A stretch of DNA of 64,000 nucleotides, taken from NCBI GenBank assembly GCA_038245295.1, contig JBBRSP010000011.1:32001-96000 (forward strand), read 5' to 3'. The stretch is from Candidatus Binatia bacterium (GTDB taxonomy: Bacteria > Desulfobacterota > Binatia > HRBIN30). A program made the translations under genes and the position numbers. The notes under the pieces were generated by a model. That model was not told the DNA's origin, searched no databases, and saw only the letters and a program-made list of their open reading frames with translations. Positions 38,570 through 47,618 of the stretch are shown piece by piece (positions within the stretch are counted from its first letter, which is position 1; each line of letters begins with the position of its first letter).

Positions 38570-39646
38570 ATGAAGGAGCCGCAAGCAACGAGTGATGCGC
38601 CGCTGACCAAGGGCCACTTTTCGGTGGCTCGCGTCTTGGACGGTTGGTACGTCGCCTGTCGCAGCACCGATCTTGGCAGCGCGCCGCTGGCGCGCATGAT
38701 CTTCGATCTACCCGTGGTGTTGTTCCGCGATACGGCGGGGCGTGCAGCTACCTTGCTCGACCGCTGTGCGCATCGCAATGCGCCGCTGTCGCTCGGAGCG
38801 GTGGATGCGGTCGGACATCTCGCGTGCCCCTACCATGGATGGCGCTTCGACGGTTCCGGCACCTGTCGCGAGGTTCCCGGGTTGGTCGATGACAGAGACG
38901 CGGCCGGGCGTTGTGTCCCGTCGTTTGCCACCTGTGAGCAGGACGGTTTCGTCTGGATGTGGGGCCGGGCCGATGCAACACCGCTCGGCACGCCGGTGCG
39001 CATTCCGTTTGTCGACGACGACGCCTACTTCAAGGTGCTGCGTGAATACGACGTCGAGTGCACCTTGCACGCGGCGCTCGAGAACGCGTTGGATGTGCCA
39101 CATACGGCCTTTGTGCACCGCGGTGACTTTCGCGGCAAAGGCAGTCGCGAGATCGAAGCCGTGCGACGCCGGATTCCTGGCGGCATCGAAGTCGAGTATG
39201 TCGGCGAGCCACCGTTGTCGGGCCGTCTGACGGACGACGCGGGGCGACCAATCGTCACGCAGCATTGGGATCGCTTCTTCCTGCCGGGTGTGGCTCAGGT
39301 CGAATACCGCACCGATGCGCGCCACCAGATCAGCACGCTGCCGCATACGCCGATGAGCGACTTCCGTACACGCTTCTGGTTGGTGTCGTGCTGGAAGATC
39401 GCGCCGGAGAGGCGCGCCGAGATGGGGCCGCGCATCGAGAAGCAATTGGATCTGATCCTGGGCCAGGACGTCGAGATCCTGCGCCAACAGACACGCCGCA
39501 TCCGTGAGCTCGGCGGCGAGTCGTTTCGTTCGACGCCGCTCGACCTCATGGGCCCGGAGATGCTGCGTATGCTGCGCCAGGCCGAACGTGGGTTGCCGAC
39601 GGATGCGACACCGATTGATCGCGGCGTCACGTTGCGGGTGTTCTGA
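38570..39646 (+). CDS. Rieske non-heme iron oxygenase alpha subunit (VanA-like)
   Basis: CAHRNAPLS...CPYHGWRF Rieske motif; ENALDVPHTAFVH mononuclear Fe motif; QD near C-terminus. Confidence 0.9.
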   Translation: MKEPQATSDAPLTKGHFSVARVLDGWYVACRSTDLGSAPLARMIFDLPVVLFRDTAGRAATLLDRCAHRNAPLSLGAVDAVGHLACPYHGWRFDGSGTCREVPGLVDDRDAAGRCVPSFATCEQDGFVWMWGRADATPLGTPVRIPFVDDDAYFKVLREYDVECTLHAALENALDVPHTAFVHRGDFRGKGSREIEAVRRRIPGGIEVEYVGEPPLSGRLTDDAGRPIVTQHWDRFFLPGVAQVEYRTDARHQISTLPHTPMSDFRTRFWLVSCWKIAPERRAEMGPRIEKQLDLILGQDVEILRQQTRRIRELGGESFRSTPLDLMGPEMLRMLRQAERGLPTDATPIDRGVTLRVF

Positions 39647-39708
39647 TGCGCTTCGGCGGGCAATCGCCGCCCGAGGTTCTCAAATCAATCAACCGATGTC
39701 CAGCTGAC

Positions 39709-39775
39709 CGCAGGCGGAAGCCTCGCCTACCACTTAGCTGCGTTGAGGATCGGTAGGCGCAAGCTTCAGCTTGCG
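39709..39775. repeat. Inverted pair of GTAG-type REP palindromes (first degenerate)
   Basis: CGCAGGCGGAAGCCTCGCCTAC ... GTAGGCGCAAGCTTCAGCTTGCG. Confidence 0.8.
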
Positions 39776-39836
39776 GTGGCCACTTCCCCCGGCGGTCCGA
39801 ATTGGGATACGAAGCGCCGACCAACGGAGGACGACC

Positions 39837-40634
39837 ATGGCCGAGACAGACCTTTCCAAACCGGATGCACTGGCCGACTTCGAGCGCCGGCAGATCACCC
39901 TGCTGGGCAAAGAGAAGCTTGTCTTCGTCGCCGGCAAAGGGCCGGCGGTGATTGTCATGACCGAGATGCCGGGGATCTCGCCGCACGTGGCGCGTTTCGC
40001 GCGGTGGATCCGCGATGCGGGTTTCACTGTGTGGATGCCGAATCTGTTCGGTGATCCCGGCCGGCCACTGTCGGCTGGGTATACCATCCGCTCGATCGTC
40101 AAGGCGTGTATCAGCTCCGAGTTCCGCGCCTTTGCGGCCAATGCCTCAAGCCCGGTGACACAGTGGCTGCGCGCCCTGGCGGCCGACGTTCATCCGAAGT
40201 GTGGCGGGAAAGGCGTCGGCGCCATCGGTATGTGTTTCACCGGCAACTTCGCCCTGTCGATGATGCTCGAGCCGGCAATGCTGGCGCCGGTGCTATCGCA
40301 GCCGTCGTTGCCGCTGGCCAGTAAGGGCGGCATGCACATCGCCCCGGAGGAGCTGAAGGCCGTGAAGGAGCGCCTTGATCGTGAGAACCTCACGGTGCGC
40401 GCCTATCGCTTCGAAGGTGATGCGTTCTGTCGCAACGAACGCTTCGCGGCGTACCAGCAAGCCCTCGGCGATCGCTTTGAACCGCGCGTTCTACCCGACA
40501 GCGCCGCCAATCCCGATTCACCGCTGAAAAACCCGCACAGCGTGGTCACGGTGAACCTGATCGACGAGAAGAATCAGCCGACGCGCAAGGCGGTCGACGA
40601 AATCATCGAGTTCTTTCGGATGCGGCTTGCCTAG
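39837..40634 (+). CDS. Dienelactone hydrolase family protein
   Basis: EMPG, GAIGMCFTG nucleophile motif, HSV; GGAGG RBS. Confidence 0.88.
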   Translation: MAETDLSKPDALADFERRQITLLGKEKLVFVAGKGPAVIVMTEMPGISPHVARFARWIRDAGFTVWMPNLFGDPGRPLSAGYTIRSIVKACISSEFRAFAANASSPVTQWLRALAADVHPKCGGKGVGAIGMCFTGNFALSMMLEPAMLAPVLSQPSLPLASKGGMHIAPEELKAVKERLDRENLTVRAYRFEGDAFCRNERFAAYQQALGDRFEPRVLPDSAANPDSPLKNPHSVVTVNLIDEKNQPTRKAVDEIIEFFRMRLA

Positions 40635-40803
40635 GCGCTGAAGCGGTCCTTGGTTTGGGGGCGGGCGTTACCTGCTCCGACGACTACGGGGACCGCAAGG
40701 ACTACGGGGACTGCAGGGACGCTGCTGCGTGTTCACTTCGATTTCACGTTCGATTCATTCTGTCTCCTTTGTGAACTCCATCTTGGGGTGTGCCGCGATA
40801 AGG

Positions 40804-43104
40804 TCAGCGCGCTGCTTCGACGCGCGCCGCGACGTATTTGTGCCAAGGCGTTCCGGCGATCCAGTCGCGATCCTCGGAGGCGGTCAGCTCGTTGGGCGCA
40901 ACCCCGGCCATGGCGCGCGGGCCGCCGTCGAGGGGGTAATCGATTCCGAGGCCGTTGGGCAGCGAGACGTGTCCGGGCTGCATCGTCGGTGAAACCTCGA
41001 CCTGCACTTCGACCGCGGCACGTTTGGTGGTGACACGGGCGCGCCCACCGTCGGAAATGCCCAGGCGCTCGGCGTCGGCCGGGTTGACGCGGAGGGCGCC
41101 GGCGGCGTCCTGTTTGCGCCAGGTCGGATCACGAAAGATGGTGTTGGCTGTGAAGGCGCGGCGCTCACCTGCTGAAAGAACGAACGGAAACTCGACGTTG
41201 GTGCCGGCTCTCCGTTCATTGGCTAGCTGCGATAACTCTTCGAGCATTTCCGGAACCACCAGGTTGATGCGGCCGCCCGGTGTGCGGATGCGGGCCCAGG
41301 AGTCTTCGTATTCGTCGACGGTAAACACCAACCCCGACGGACTGTTGATGATCGCTTCGAAGAGTTTCTCTCCGGGTTCGAAGCCTTCGCCGGTGAAGCC
41401 GGCGCGGCGCACCGACTCGGCGTTCTGCATGGCGCAAAGGTGTGCGGCGCCCCAAAGAGCCGCGGCCGCGGCGGCGCCGTCGGGAAGTGTTTCCCCGAGC
41501 GTGCGGTAGAGCACGACGGGCACGACCTTGGAGATGCGAGGGTTAGTCGCGTTCGCCGCGAAGAAGGCTTCCGCAAATGCCTGGCGTCCCTCTTTGAGCG
41601 CGGCGCGCAGCGGGGCCAGGTCCGCGTCGCCGAGTGCTCCGATGGCCTCGACCAGGCGGGCATGGATCTCCGGCTCCGGCAATGTCTGGGGCGGCGCGGC
41701 AAGGAACGGATGACGCAGATGGAAGACGTTCTTCGGGAAGTCGAAGTTGAAGAAGGTCGCTTCAAATTTCTCGAACTGCGACGGCGCCGGCAGAATATGG
41801 TGCGCCAGGCGCGCCGTTTCCGTCATCGCGACGTCGATCACGACCAGCGTGTCGAGCGCTTGCAGCGCCTGCCGCATGCGTTGGCTGTCGGCGAGGGAAT
41901 GGGCTGGGTTGCCGCTTTCGACGATCATGGCGCGATAGCGCTTCGGATGATCGGTGAGGATCTCCTCGGCGATGACATTGCACGGCACGAGTCCGGCGAT
42001 GATCCGTGCGCCGACGACCGGGCTGGTGCGGCTGTTTGGGGCCTGTTCGGGGCCGAGTTGATCAGCGCTCGTCGACTTTGCCAGATTGATGAGGCTCGTG
42101 AAGGCGTACTGCGTACCGGGCTTGCCGAAGTTGCCGGTGAGCATCCAAACAAGCTTCTCCAGGTAACTGGACAGAGTCGAGTGACGATTCATCTGGATGC
42201 CGAGGTCCTCGGCTACGGCGACGCTGCTCGCCGCGGCGATGCGGCGGGCGGTTTGGCGGACCAGGTCTTCCGCAACCCCGGAGAAGGCGCAGTACTCGGC
42301 CACCGGTACGGTTTGCAGGGTTGCCGCGACGTCGTCGAAGCCGTTGGTGTGCGTCGCCAGCCAATCGCCGGCGACGAGGTTCTCCTGTACGAGCACGGCG
42401 GCAAAGGCCGCCAGCAGCCAGGCGTCGCAGCCGGGTTTCACTTGTAGATGAATGTCGGCGAGCTCGGCGGTTTCGGTCCGACGCGGATCGATGACGATCA
42501 AGCAGCGGGCGGGATCCTTGGAGATCTCGCGCAAGGTATGACGGGCCCGCGGCAGGCCGTGAGAGTGCCAGGGATTCTTGCCGACGAACAGGGCGACCTC
42601 GGTATGTTCGAAGTCGCCGCGAACGTTGGTGCCCATCATGCGGCCGTTCACCCACATCTCGCCGGTTTTCTCCTGCGCCAGAGCGTTGGAGCGGTAGCGG
42701 CCGCCGAGAGCGCGGAAGGTCGAGTTGCCATAGCCACCGCCGAGGTGATTCCCCTGGCCGCCGCCGCCGAAGTAGAAGATCGATTCGCCGCCGAAGTTGT
42801 CGCGTACCGCCGTCAGGCGCGCGGCGACCTCACGAATCGCGGTGTCCCAATCGATCTCCTCGAAGGTGCCATCGGCTTTGCGGCGCAGCGGCGCGGTGAT
42901 GCGGTCCGGGCCGTTCTGGTAGTGGTCGAGGCGTAGCGCCTTGTTGCAGGTGTATCCTTGCGAGGCGGGATGGGCGCGGTCGCCGCGGATGCGCGTGAGA
43001 TGGCGGTTATCCGGTCCGCCGAGATCGACCTCGATGCCGCAGTTGCACTCACAGAGGATACAGGCAGTCTTGTGAAAGCCATCCTTCGTCGTCGGCTCGT
43101 TCAT
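40804..43104 (-). CDS. Molybdopterin (bis-MGD) oxidoreductase with N-terminal [4Fe-4S] motif
   Basis: CILCECNCG...HPASQGYTCNK, VIDPRRTETA, NPAHS, IDVAMTETA, C-terminal MGD-binding domain; AAGGAG RBS before ATG 43104. Confidence 0.9.
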   Translation of the reverse strand: MNEPTTKDGFHKTACILCECNCGIEVDLGGPDNRHLTRIRGDRAHPASQGYTCNKALRLDHYQNGPDRITAPLRRKADGTFEEIDWDTAIREVAARLTAVRDNFGGESIFYFGGGGQGNHLGGGYGNSTFRALGGRYRSNALAQEKTGEMWVNGRMMGTNVRGDFEHTEVALFVGKNPWHSHGLPRARHTLREISKDPARCLIVIDPRRTETAELADIHLQVKPGCDAWLLAAFAAVLVQENLVAGDWLATHTNGFDDVAATLQTVPVAEYCAFSGVAEDLVRQTARRIAAASSVAVAEDLGIQMNRHSTLSSYLEKLVWMLTGNFGKPGTQYAFTSLINLAKSTSADQLGPEQAPNSRTSPVVGARIIAGLVPCNVIAEEILTDHPKRYRAMIVESGNPAHSLADSQRMRQALQALDTLVVIDVAMTETARLAHHILPAPSQFEKFEATFFNFDFPKNVFHLRHPFLAAPPQTLPEPEIHARLVEAIGALGDADLAPLRAALKEGRQAFAEAFFAANATNPRISKVVPVVLYRTLGETLPDGAAAAAALWGAAHLCAMQNAESVRRAGFTGEGFEPGEKLFEAIINSPSGLVFTVDEYEDSWARIRTPGGRINLVVPEMLEELSQLANERRAGTNVEFPFVLSAGERRAFTANTIFRDPTWRKQDAAGALRVNPADAERLGISDGGRARVTTKRAAVEVQVEVSPTMQPGHVSLPNGLGIDYPLDGGPRAMAGVAPNELTASEDRDWIAGTPWHKYVAARVEAAR

Positions 43105-43192
43105 CGTGGTTGCTCCTTCCGCGGTCCGTTTCTTTACAGAACGCTTGCCTATCCGGGTGCGTTTCTTAAAGCAACTGGCTATAGAGAGATTC

Positions 43193-43711
43193 ATGCCGCG
43201 AACGTCATTCGCCAGTTGGCCCTGTTCGATTGCCCGGACCGTCGATTTGATGGGGGATGCGTGGAACGCGCTGGTCTTGCGCGAGATCCTGTACGGCGCA
43301 ATCCGTTTCGAGCCGATCCAGAAGAATCTCGGCATCGGACGCAACGTTCTCACGGATCGGCTACAGCGCCTAGTGCGCGAGGAAGTGTTGGAGCGCCGCA
43401 AGTATCAGGAGCATCCCGAGCGCTTCGAGTACCTTCTTACGGAGAAGGGGCGTGATTTCTCCCGTATTCTCCTGGCGATGATCGAATGGGGCGATCGTTG
43501 GCTGGATGGTGGACGTGGTGCACCGATCCACCTGCGTCATCGCGGTTGTGGACGCCTGACGCACGCCGAGGTCGTGTGCGCCGAATGTGGCAAGCCTTTG
43601 GAGGCGGACGACGTGCGGGCCGAGCTTGGTCCGGGCTTCCCGAGCAAGCTAGCGTCCCATCCGGTGGTGCAAGCGCGCTTTGGCAAGACGCGGCGGAAAC
43701 CCTCCGCCTAG
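43193..43711 (+). CDS. HxlR-family winged-helix transcriptional regulator
   Basis: CSIARTVDLMGDAW, RF, LTDRL, EYLLTEKG, WG; C-terminal H..C...C..C. Confidence 0.9.
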   Translation: MPRTSFASWPCSIARTVDLMGDAWNALVLREILYGAIRFEPIQKNLGIGRNVLTDRLQRLVREEVLERRKYQEHPERFEYLLTEKGRDFSRILLAMIEWGDRWLDGGRGAPIHLRHRGCGRLTHAEVVCAECGKPLEADDVRAELGPGFPSKLASHPVVQARFGKTRRKPSA

Positions 43712-43728
43712 TTCGGGAACGTTGCGCA

Positions 43729-43770
43729 CCGCAAGCCAAAGCTTGCGCTAGAAGGTAGGCGCAGGCTGAA
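43729..43770. repeat. GTAG-type REP pair; second copy split by a MITE
   Basis: CGCAAGCCAAAGCTTGCG...GTAGGCGCAGGCTGAA, with the other arm TTCAGCCTGCG at 43905-43915. Confidence 0.7.
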
Positions 43771-43904
43771 GAGGCTGTCTCAAAACCTTGCGGAGCCGGC
43801 TTCGACAGGCTCAGCCTGAGCGGGTGCTCGGTTGATTTTCAAAGACATTTTGTCCGCTCGCCCTGAGCCCGTCGAAGGGTGAGCCTATGTTTTGAGACAG
43901 CCTC
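43771..43904. mobile_element. 134-bp MITE with 16-bp perfect terminal inverted repeats
   Basis: GAGGCTGTCTCAAAAC / GTTTTGAGACAGCCTC; internal inverted pair CTTCGACAGGCTCAG...CTGAGCCCGTCGAAG. Confidence 0.85.
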
Positions 43905-43962
43905 TTCAGCCTGCGGCCTGTGTTGCCGGCGCAGGTTCCGAGGCGGGTGGGCTGCAACCGCG

Positions 43963-44568
43963 TCAGAAGCGCAGCATTTCGAACGGCGTTACGCCGGGTG
44001 GCAGCGGTGGTTGTGCCAGCAGCGTTTCCAGCGCTTCACCGCTGCGATAACGCTCGACCAGCTCATCGGGATCGCCGATGACGCCGATGGGGTTATTGGC
44101 GAAGGTGCCGTTGCGCATCCAGGCGTTGGCGGCCTCGGCGTCGGCGAAGTTGTCGACTTGCAGCTCGACGCGACTGCCGTCCGGGTCCTTGTAATAGATC
44201 GACGTCGTCATGCCGTGGTTGATGCACCAGTAGGGCAGGATGTCGGCGGCCTTCAATCTCGTATAGGTGTACAACAAGTCGCCCAGGTCGGCGTGTGTGA
44301 AGGCGATGTGATCGGTGCCAGCTGCCATCGCGGGTTGGTCCTCGAGGCCGGGGACGTGCGCGATCGCGACGCGGTGGTGTTCGTTGTCGTAGGTCAGAAA
44401 CGCCAGCATCCCGTCGCCGTGGACGATGTGGGCTCCCAGGAACGTTTGGTACCACTCGAGCATCGCTTCGAAGCGCGACGTTCGGCGCACGATGTGGGCC
44501 AGCTGAACGGGTGCGACCGGGCCGCGCGATGGCGCCAACTTGGCGTTGCGATCTTCTGAATGGCTCAT
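43963..44568 (-). CDS. VOC family protein (extradiol dioxygenase/glyoxalase-like)
   Basis: LAHIV, EHHRVA, DHIAF, NHGMTTSIYYKDPDG..VELQ. Confidence 0.88.
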   Translation of the reverse strand: MSHSEDRNAKLAPSRGPVAPVQLAHIVRRTSRFEAMLEWYQTFLGAHIVHGDGMLAFLTYDNEHHRVAIAHVPGLEDQPAMAAGTDHIAFTHADLGDLLYTYTRLKAADILPYWCINHGMTTSIYYKDPDGSRVELQVDNFADAEAANAWMRNGTFANNPIGVIGDPDELVERYRSGEALETLLAQPPLPPGVTPFEMLRF

Positions 44569-45371
44569 GCTCTAGCCTCCTTGCCTTTTGTGAACTTGCG
44601 TGTTGGCGACGACGCCTGCGGCGCCGTCGCTACGGTTGAATCCAACAGGATGCGCTCCAGCGCCTCGGCGTGTGCCTCGACGAACTCCGCGCGGCGCGGG
44701 TCCTTCTTGCTCAGTCGTCGGACCTCGGGTGCCATGGCGAAGATGAGAGTCGCCGCGCCGATGAAGATGTAATGCAGGTGCAACGGGTCGAATTTGGGCA
44801 TCAGGCCGGCGGCCTGCGCGCGGCGGATGAGAGCCGTCGAAAAATCGTACAGCGGACGCGCGCACTCATCGACGATCCATTTCATGCGTGGGCCGTCGTG
44901 TTTTCCTTCCTGGACCATCAACTGATTCAACTCCGGGTGTGCCGCCGCGAAGCGGACGAAGTGTTTGATCATGGCGCGCACTTGCGTCGCGGTATCGACC
45001 CCGCCGAGGGCGGCGAGTTGGGCGCCGACCTGGCTCTCCACTTCGGTGAACAGCGAGCCAACGGCCGCCTTCCACAGCGCTTCCTTGCCGCCGAAGTGGT
45101 AGGCGATTAAGCCCTGGTTGACCCCGGCGGCGGCGGCGATGGCGCGCGTTGAGGCGCCCGCGTACCCGTGCGTTGCAAAGGCCTGCAGGGCGGCATCGAT
45201 GATCAGCCCGCGTGTCTCGGCGCTACGCGGTTGCGAATTGGTCGTCGGACGGCGGATGGGCCTGGCCGCGGCGTCTTTTCGACGCGGTGGTCCTGTGCGA
45301 GTCGTGCCGCTGCCTGATCGCTCGCGTCTCATGGGGGCAATCCTCACATTCCTCTCCGTCCGGGTTCTCAT
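44565..45371 (-). CDS. TetR/AcrR family transcriptional regulator
   Basis: IIDAAL..FA.HGY...STRAIA..AGVNQGLIAYHFGGKEALW; start uncertain (45371 or 45332); stop overlaps VOC start. Confidence 0.9.
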   Translation of the reverse strand: MRTRTERNVRIAPMRRERSGSGTTRTGPPRRKDAAARPIRRPTTNSQPRSAETRGLIIDAALQAFATHGYAGASTRAIAAAAGVNQGLIAYHFGGKEALWKAAVGSLFTEVESQVGAQLAALGGVDTATQVRAMIKHFVRFAAAHPELNQLMVQEGKHDGPRMKWIVDECARPLYDFSTALIRRAQAAGLMPKFDPLHLHYIFIGAATLIFAMAPEVRRLSKKDPRRAEFVEAHAEALERILLDSTVATAPQASSPTRKFTKGKEARA

Positions 45372-45393
45372 GCGTCGTTCGTTGTTCGCTGTG

Positions 45394-45440
45394 TTATTCG
45401 ATCGACTAGCAATGATGTCGTTTGTTAGTCAAGTGAGCAA
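45394..45440. promoter_or_regulatory. Two imperfect 16-bp palindromes overlapping a putative minus-strand promoter (candidate TetR operators)
   Basis: TTATTCGATCGACTAG (45394-45409) and TTAGTCAAGTGAGCAA (45425-45440); minus-strand TTGACT at 45432-45427. Confidence 0.45.
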
Positions 45441-45576
45441 TTTGGCGCGAGAGGGGCGGGTCTGACTATGCCTTCCTTAGCTTGATGGAGTTTGGCGGCT
45501 CGGTCCGGTTGAATCGTCCGGCAGCGCTTGTTCGGGCGCGCCTTGCTGGGCTAACAGGTCGGCGCGGAGGAACAGC

Positions 45577-47112
45577 ATGAAGAAGCCAGTCCGGCGGCCG
45601 CGCGGCGCCGCGCGTTTCGTTTTCGGCATCGTGGCGGCGTTGATGGTGTGTACGTTCGGATGCGGTGATGACGGTGAAGGTGGCAGTGTCAGCACCTCGA
45701 TGCGCGGCGCCACGGTGGCTCGACCCATGGTTGAAGGGCCGGTGACTGGTGGCAACGGCGTGCCATTCCTGGCGACCACCACCTTCGATCTGGCGCAGGT
45801 TGGTTATTCGCAGGCGGAGTACTTCATCTCCGGTCGTGCCAACGCCTACAAGAATGGCGCAGACGGCCTGCTGGGCGCCGACGGTAAGTGGACGATCAGC
45901 ACCGCCGACAGTGCCGCGTACAAGACGCGTATTGTTGTGTATCGGCCGATCGATGCGGCGAAGTTCAATGGAACGGTCGTGGTCGAGTGGTTGAACGTCA
46001 GCGGTGGCCTCGACGCGGCGGCCGACTGGATCCAGGCGCACGTCGAGTTGACCCGCGGCGGGTTTGCCTACGTCGCGGTGTCGGCGCAGTATTTGGGGGT
46101 TGAAGGTGGAACCTCGCTACTCGGGCTGCCCGCCATTCCGCTCAAGACGAACGACCCGGTGCGCTACGGATCCTTGACGCATCCGGGCGACAGTTTCTCC
46201 TACGACATCTATTCTCAGGCCGGACAGGCAATCCGTCGCCCCGTCGGAGTAGATCCGCTGGGAGGGTTGGCGATCAAGGCGGTGATTGCCGCGGGTGAGT
46301 CTCAGTCCGCATTCCGCATGGTGACATACATCAACGGCATTCACCCACTTGCCGATCTTTACGACGGGTTCCTCGTGCATAGTCGCGGCAACTTGCCGGC
46401 AGCGTTGTCGGAGACGCCGCAACCCCAGGTGGATGTCCCGGGAACGGCGATGATCCGCGATGACCTCAATGTTCCGGTACTCATGTTCGAGACCGAATCG
46501 GATTTGACTTTCCTGGGCTACCTGCCGTTGCGTCAGCCCGACAGCGAGCGCTTCCGCCTCTGGGAAGTGCCCGGTACCGCACACGCGGATACGTATACGA
46601 CGGTCACGGGAGGAACCGACCTCGGCAACTCACCGGATGCGGCCAACATCGTTCTGACGACCATGCCGGCGCTTGGCTTCACCTGTCGTAAGCCGATCAA
46701 TTCGGGCCCGCATCATTATGTGCTGAACGGCGCCGTCGCGGCCCTCAACCGTTGGGTGCGCAACGGCACGCCGCCGCCGACGGCGCCACGTGTGCAGGGA
46801 ATGGCCGGGCCGCCGATTCGTGTGGTACGCGACACCAACGGTAATGCGCGCGGCGGGATCCGCACGCCGCAGGTCGACGTTCCGATCGCCACCTTGTCCG
46901 GCGAGGGTCAAAGCGGTTCGATCTTCTGTGCCTTGTTCGGGACGACGGCGGTCTTCGATGATACCAAGCTGAAGACGTTGTACCCCGACCACGCGACCTA
47001 TGTGTCGCTTTACGGCGCGGCAACCGACAGCGCCGTACGGGCCGGTTTCCTTCTCCCCGAGGACGCGGCGTTGATGAAGGCGGCCGCGGCATCCTCGGAT
47101 GTGGGCAACTAG
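45577..47112 (+). CDS. Exported alpha/beta hydrolase domain lipoprotein
   Basis: Lipobox-like TFGC; FNGTVVVEWLNVS, HPGD.FSYDI.SQ, GESQSA (GxSxS), GTAH.D, RDTNGNA.GGIR.P; GGAGG RBS. Confidence 0.82.
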   Translation: MKKPVRRPRGAARFVFGIVAALMVCTFGCGDDGEGGSVSTSMRGATVARPMVEGPVTGGNGVPFLATTTFDLAQVGYSQAEYFISGRANAYKNGADGLLGADGKWTISTADSAAYKTRIVVYRPIDAAKFNGTVVVEWLNVSGGLDAAADWIQAHVELTRGGFAYVAVSAQYLGVEGGTSLLGLPAIPLKTNDPVRYGSLTHPGDSFSYDIYSQAGQAIRRPVGVDPLGGLAIKAVIAAGESQSAFRMVTYINGIHPLADLYDGFLVHSRGNLPAALSETPQPQVDVPGTAMIRDDLNVPVLMFETESDLTFLGYLPLRQPDSERFRLWEVPGTAHADTYTTVTGGTDLGNSPDAANIVLTTMPALGFTCRKPINSGPHHYVLNGAVAALNRWVRNGTPPPTAPRVQGMAGPPIRVVRDTNGNARGGIRTPQVDVPIATLSGEGQSGSIFCALFGTTAVFDDTKLKTLYPDHATYVSLYGAATDSAVRAGFLLPEDAALMKAAAASSDVGN

Positions 47113-47130
47113 CGCGTATCGGCTGAGGCA

Positions 47131-47457
47131 TTACTCGAAGGAGCAGATATATTCGGCGATGCCAGTGTCGACGGCGATATCGAACGACGAGTTGCCCGGA
47201 ACCTTGAAGAAACTGCCGGCTCCGTAGGTGCTCCATTCGCCGCTGCCGGCGACGCGGACGCGACAGGTGCCGCTAGTAATGTCCATGCGTTCGGCGGCAC
47301 CGGTGTTGAATGTGAAGCTGCCGGTGTAGATGAGGCCAAGGGTTTTCTTGACGCCGCCGTCGAGCAGTACCGTGTGGCTGACGACTTTGCCGTCGAAGTA
47401 GACGTTGGCTTTGCAGTCGACGCTGACGTTCTCGAAGCGGGTTGGTTGATCCGACAT
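47131..47457 (-). CDS. ppnP: Pyrimidine/purine nucleoside phosphorylase (DUF1255/YaiE)
   Basis: KANVYFDGKVVSH, KKTLG, F.T...E.M, F.VP.NSSF, Y.C.F; AGGAG RBS. Confidence 0.88.
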   Translation of the reverse strand: MSDQPTRFENVSVDCKANVYFDGKVVSHTVLLDGGVKKTLGLIYTGSFTFNTGAAERMDITSGTCRVRVAGSGEWSTYGAGSFFKVPGNSSFDIAVDTGIAEYICSFE

Positions 47458-47618
47458 TTTTTCGGTCTCCTATCTCGATCTAGAGTCGACGGCTCTTAGC
47501 AAAGGGCCGAAGCACGGAAAGTGGGCGCTCTGAGTGGTCAGACTTGGAGTTTTCGCGGCGATCGAGTAGACGTCGCGGGCATCGGCTCGGCATTTTCAGC
47601 GAAGCAGAGGAGACCCCC

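Noticed and set aside
40744..40770. Strong minus-strand RBS (AAAGGAG) followed by ATG
   Set aside because: The frame closes after four codons (MNRT); cannot be supported as a gene or leader peptide
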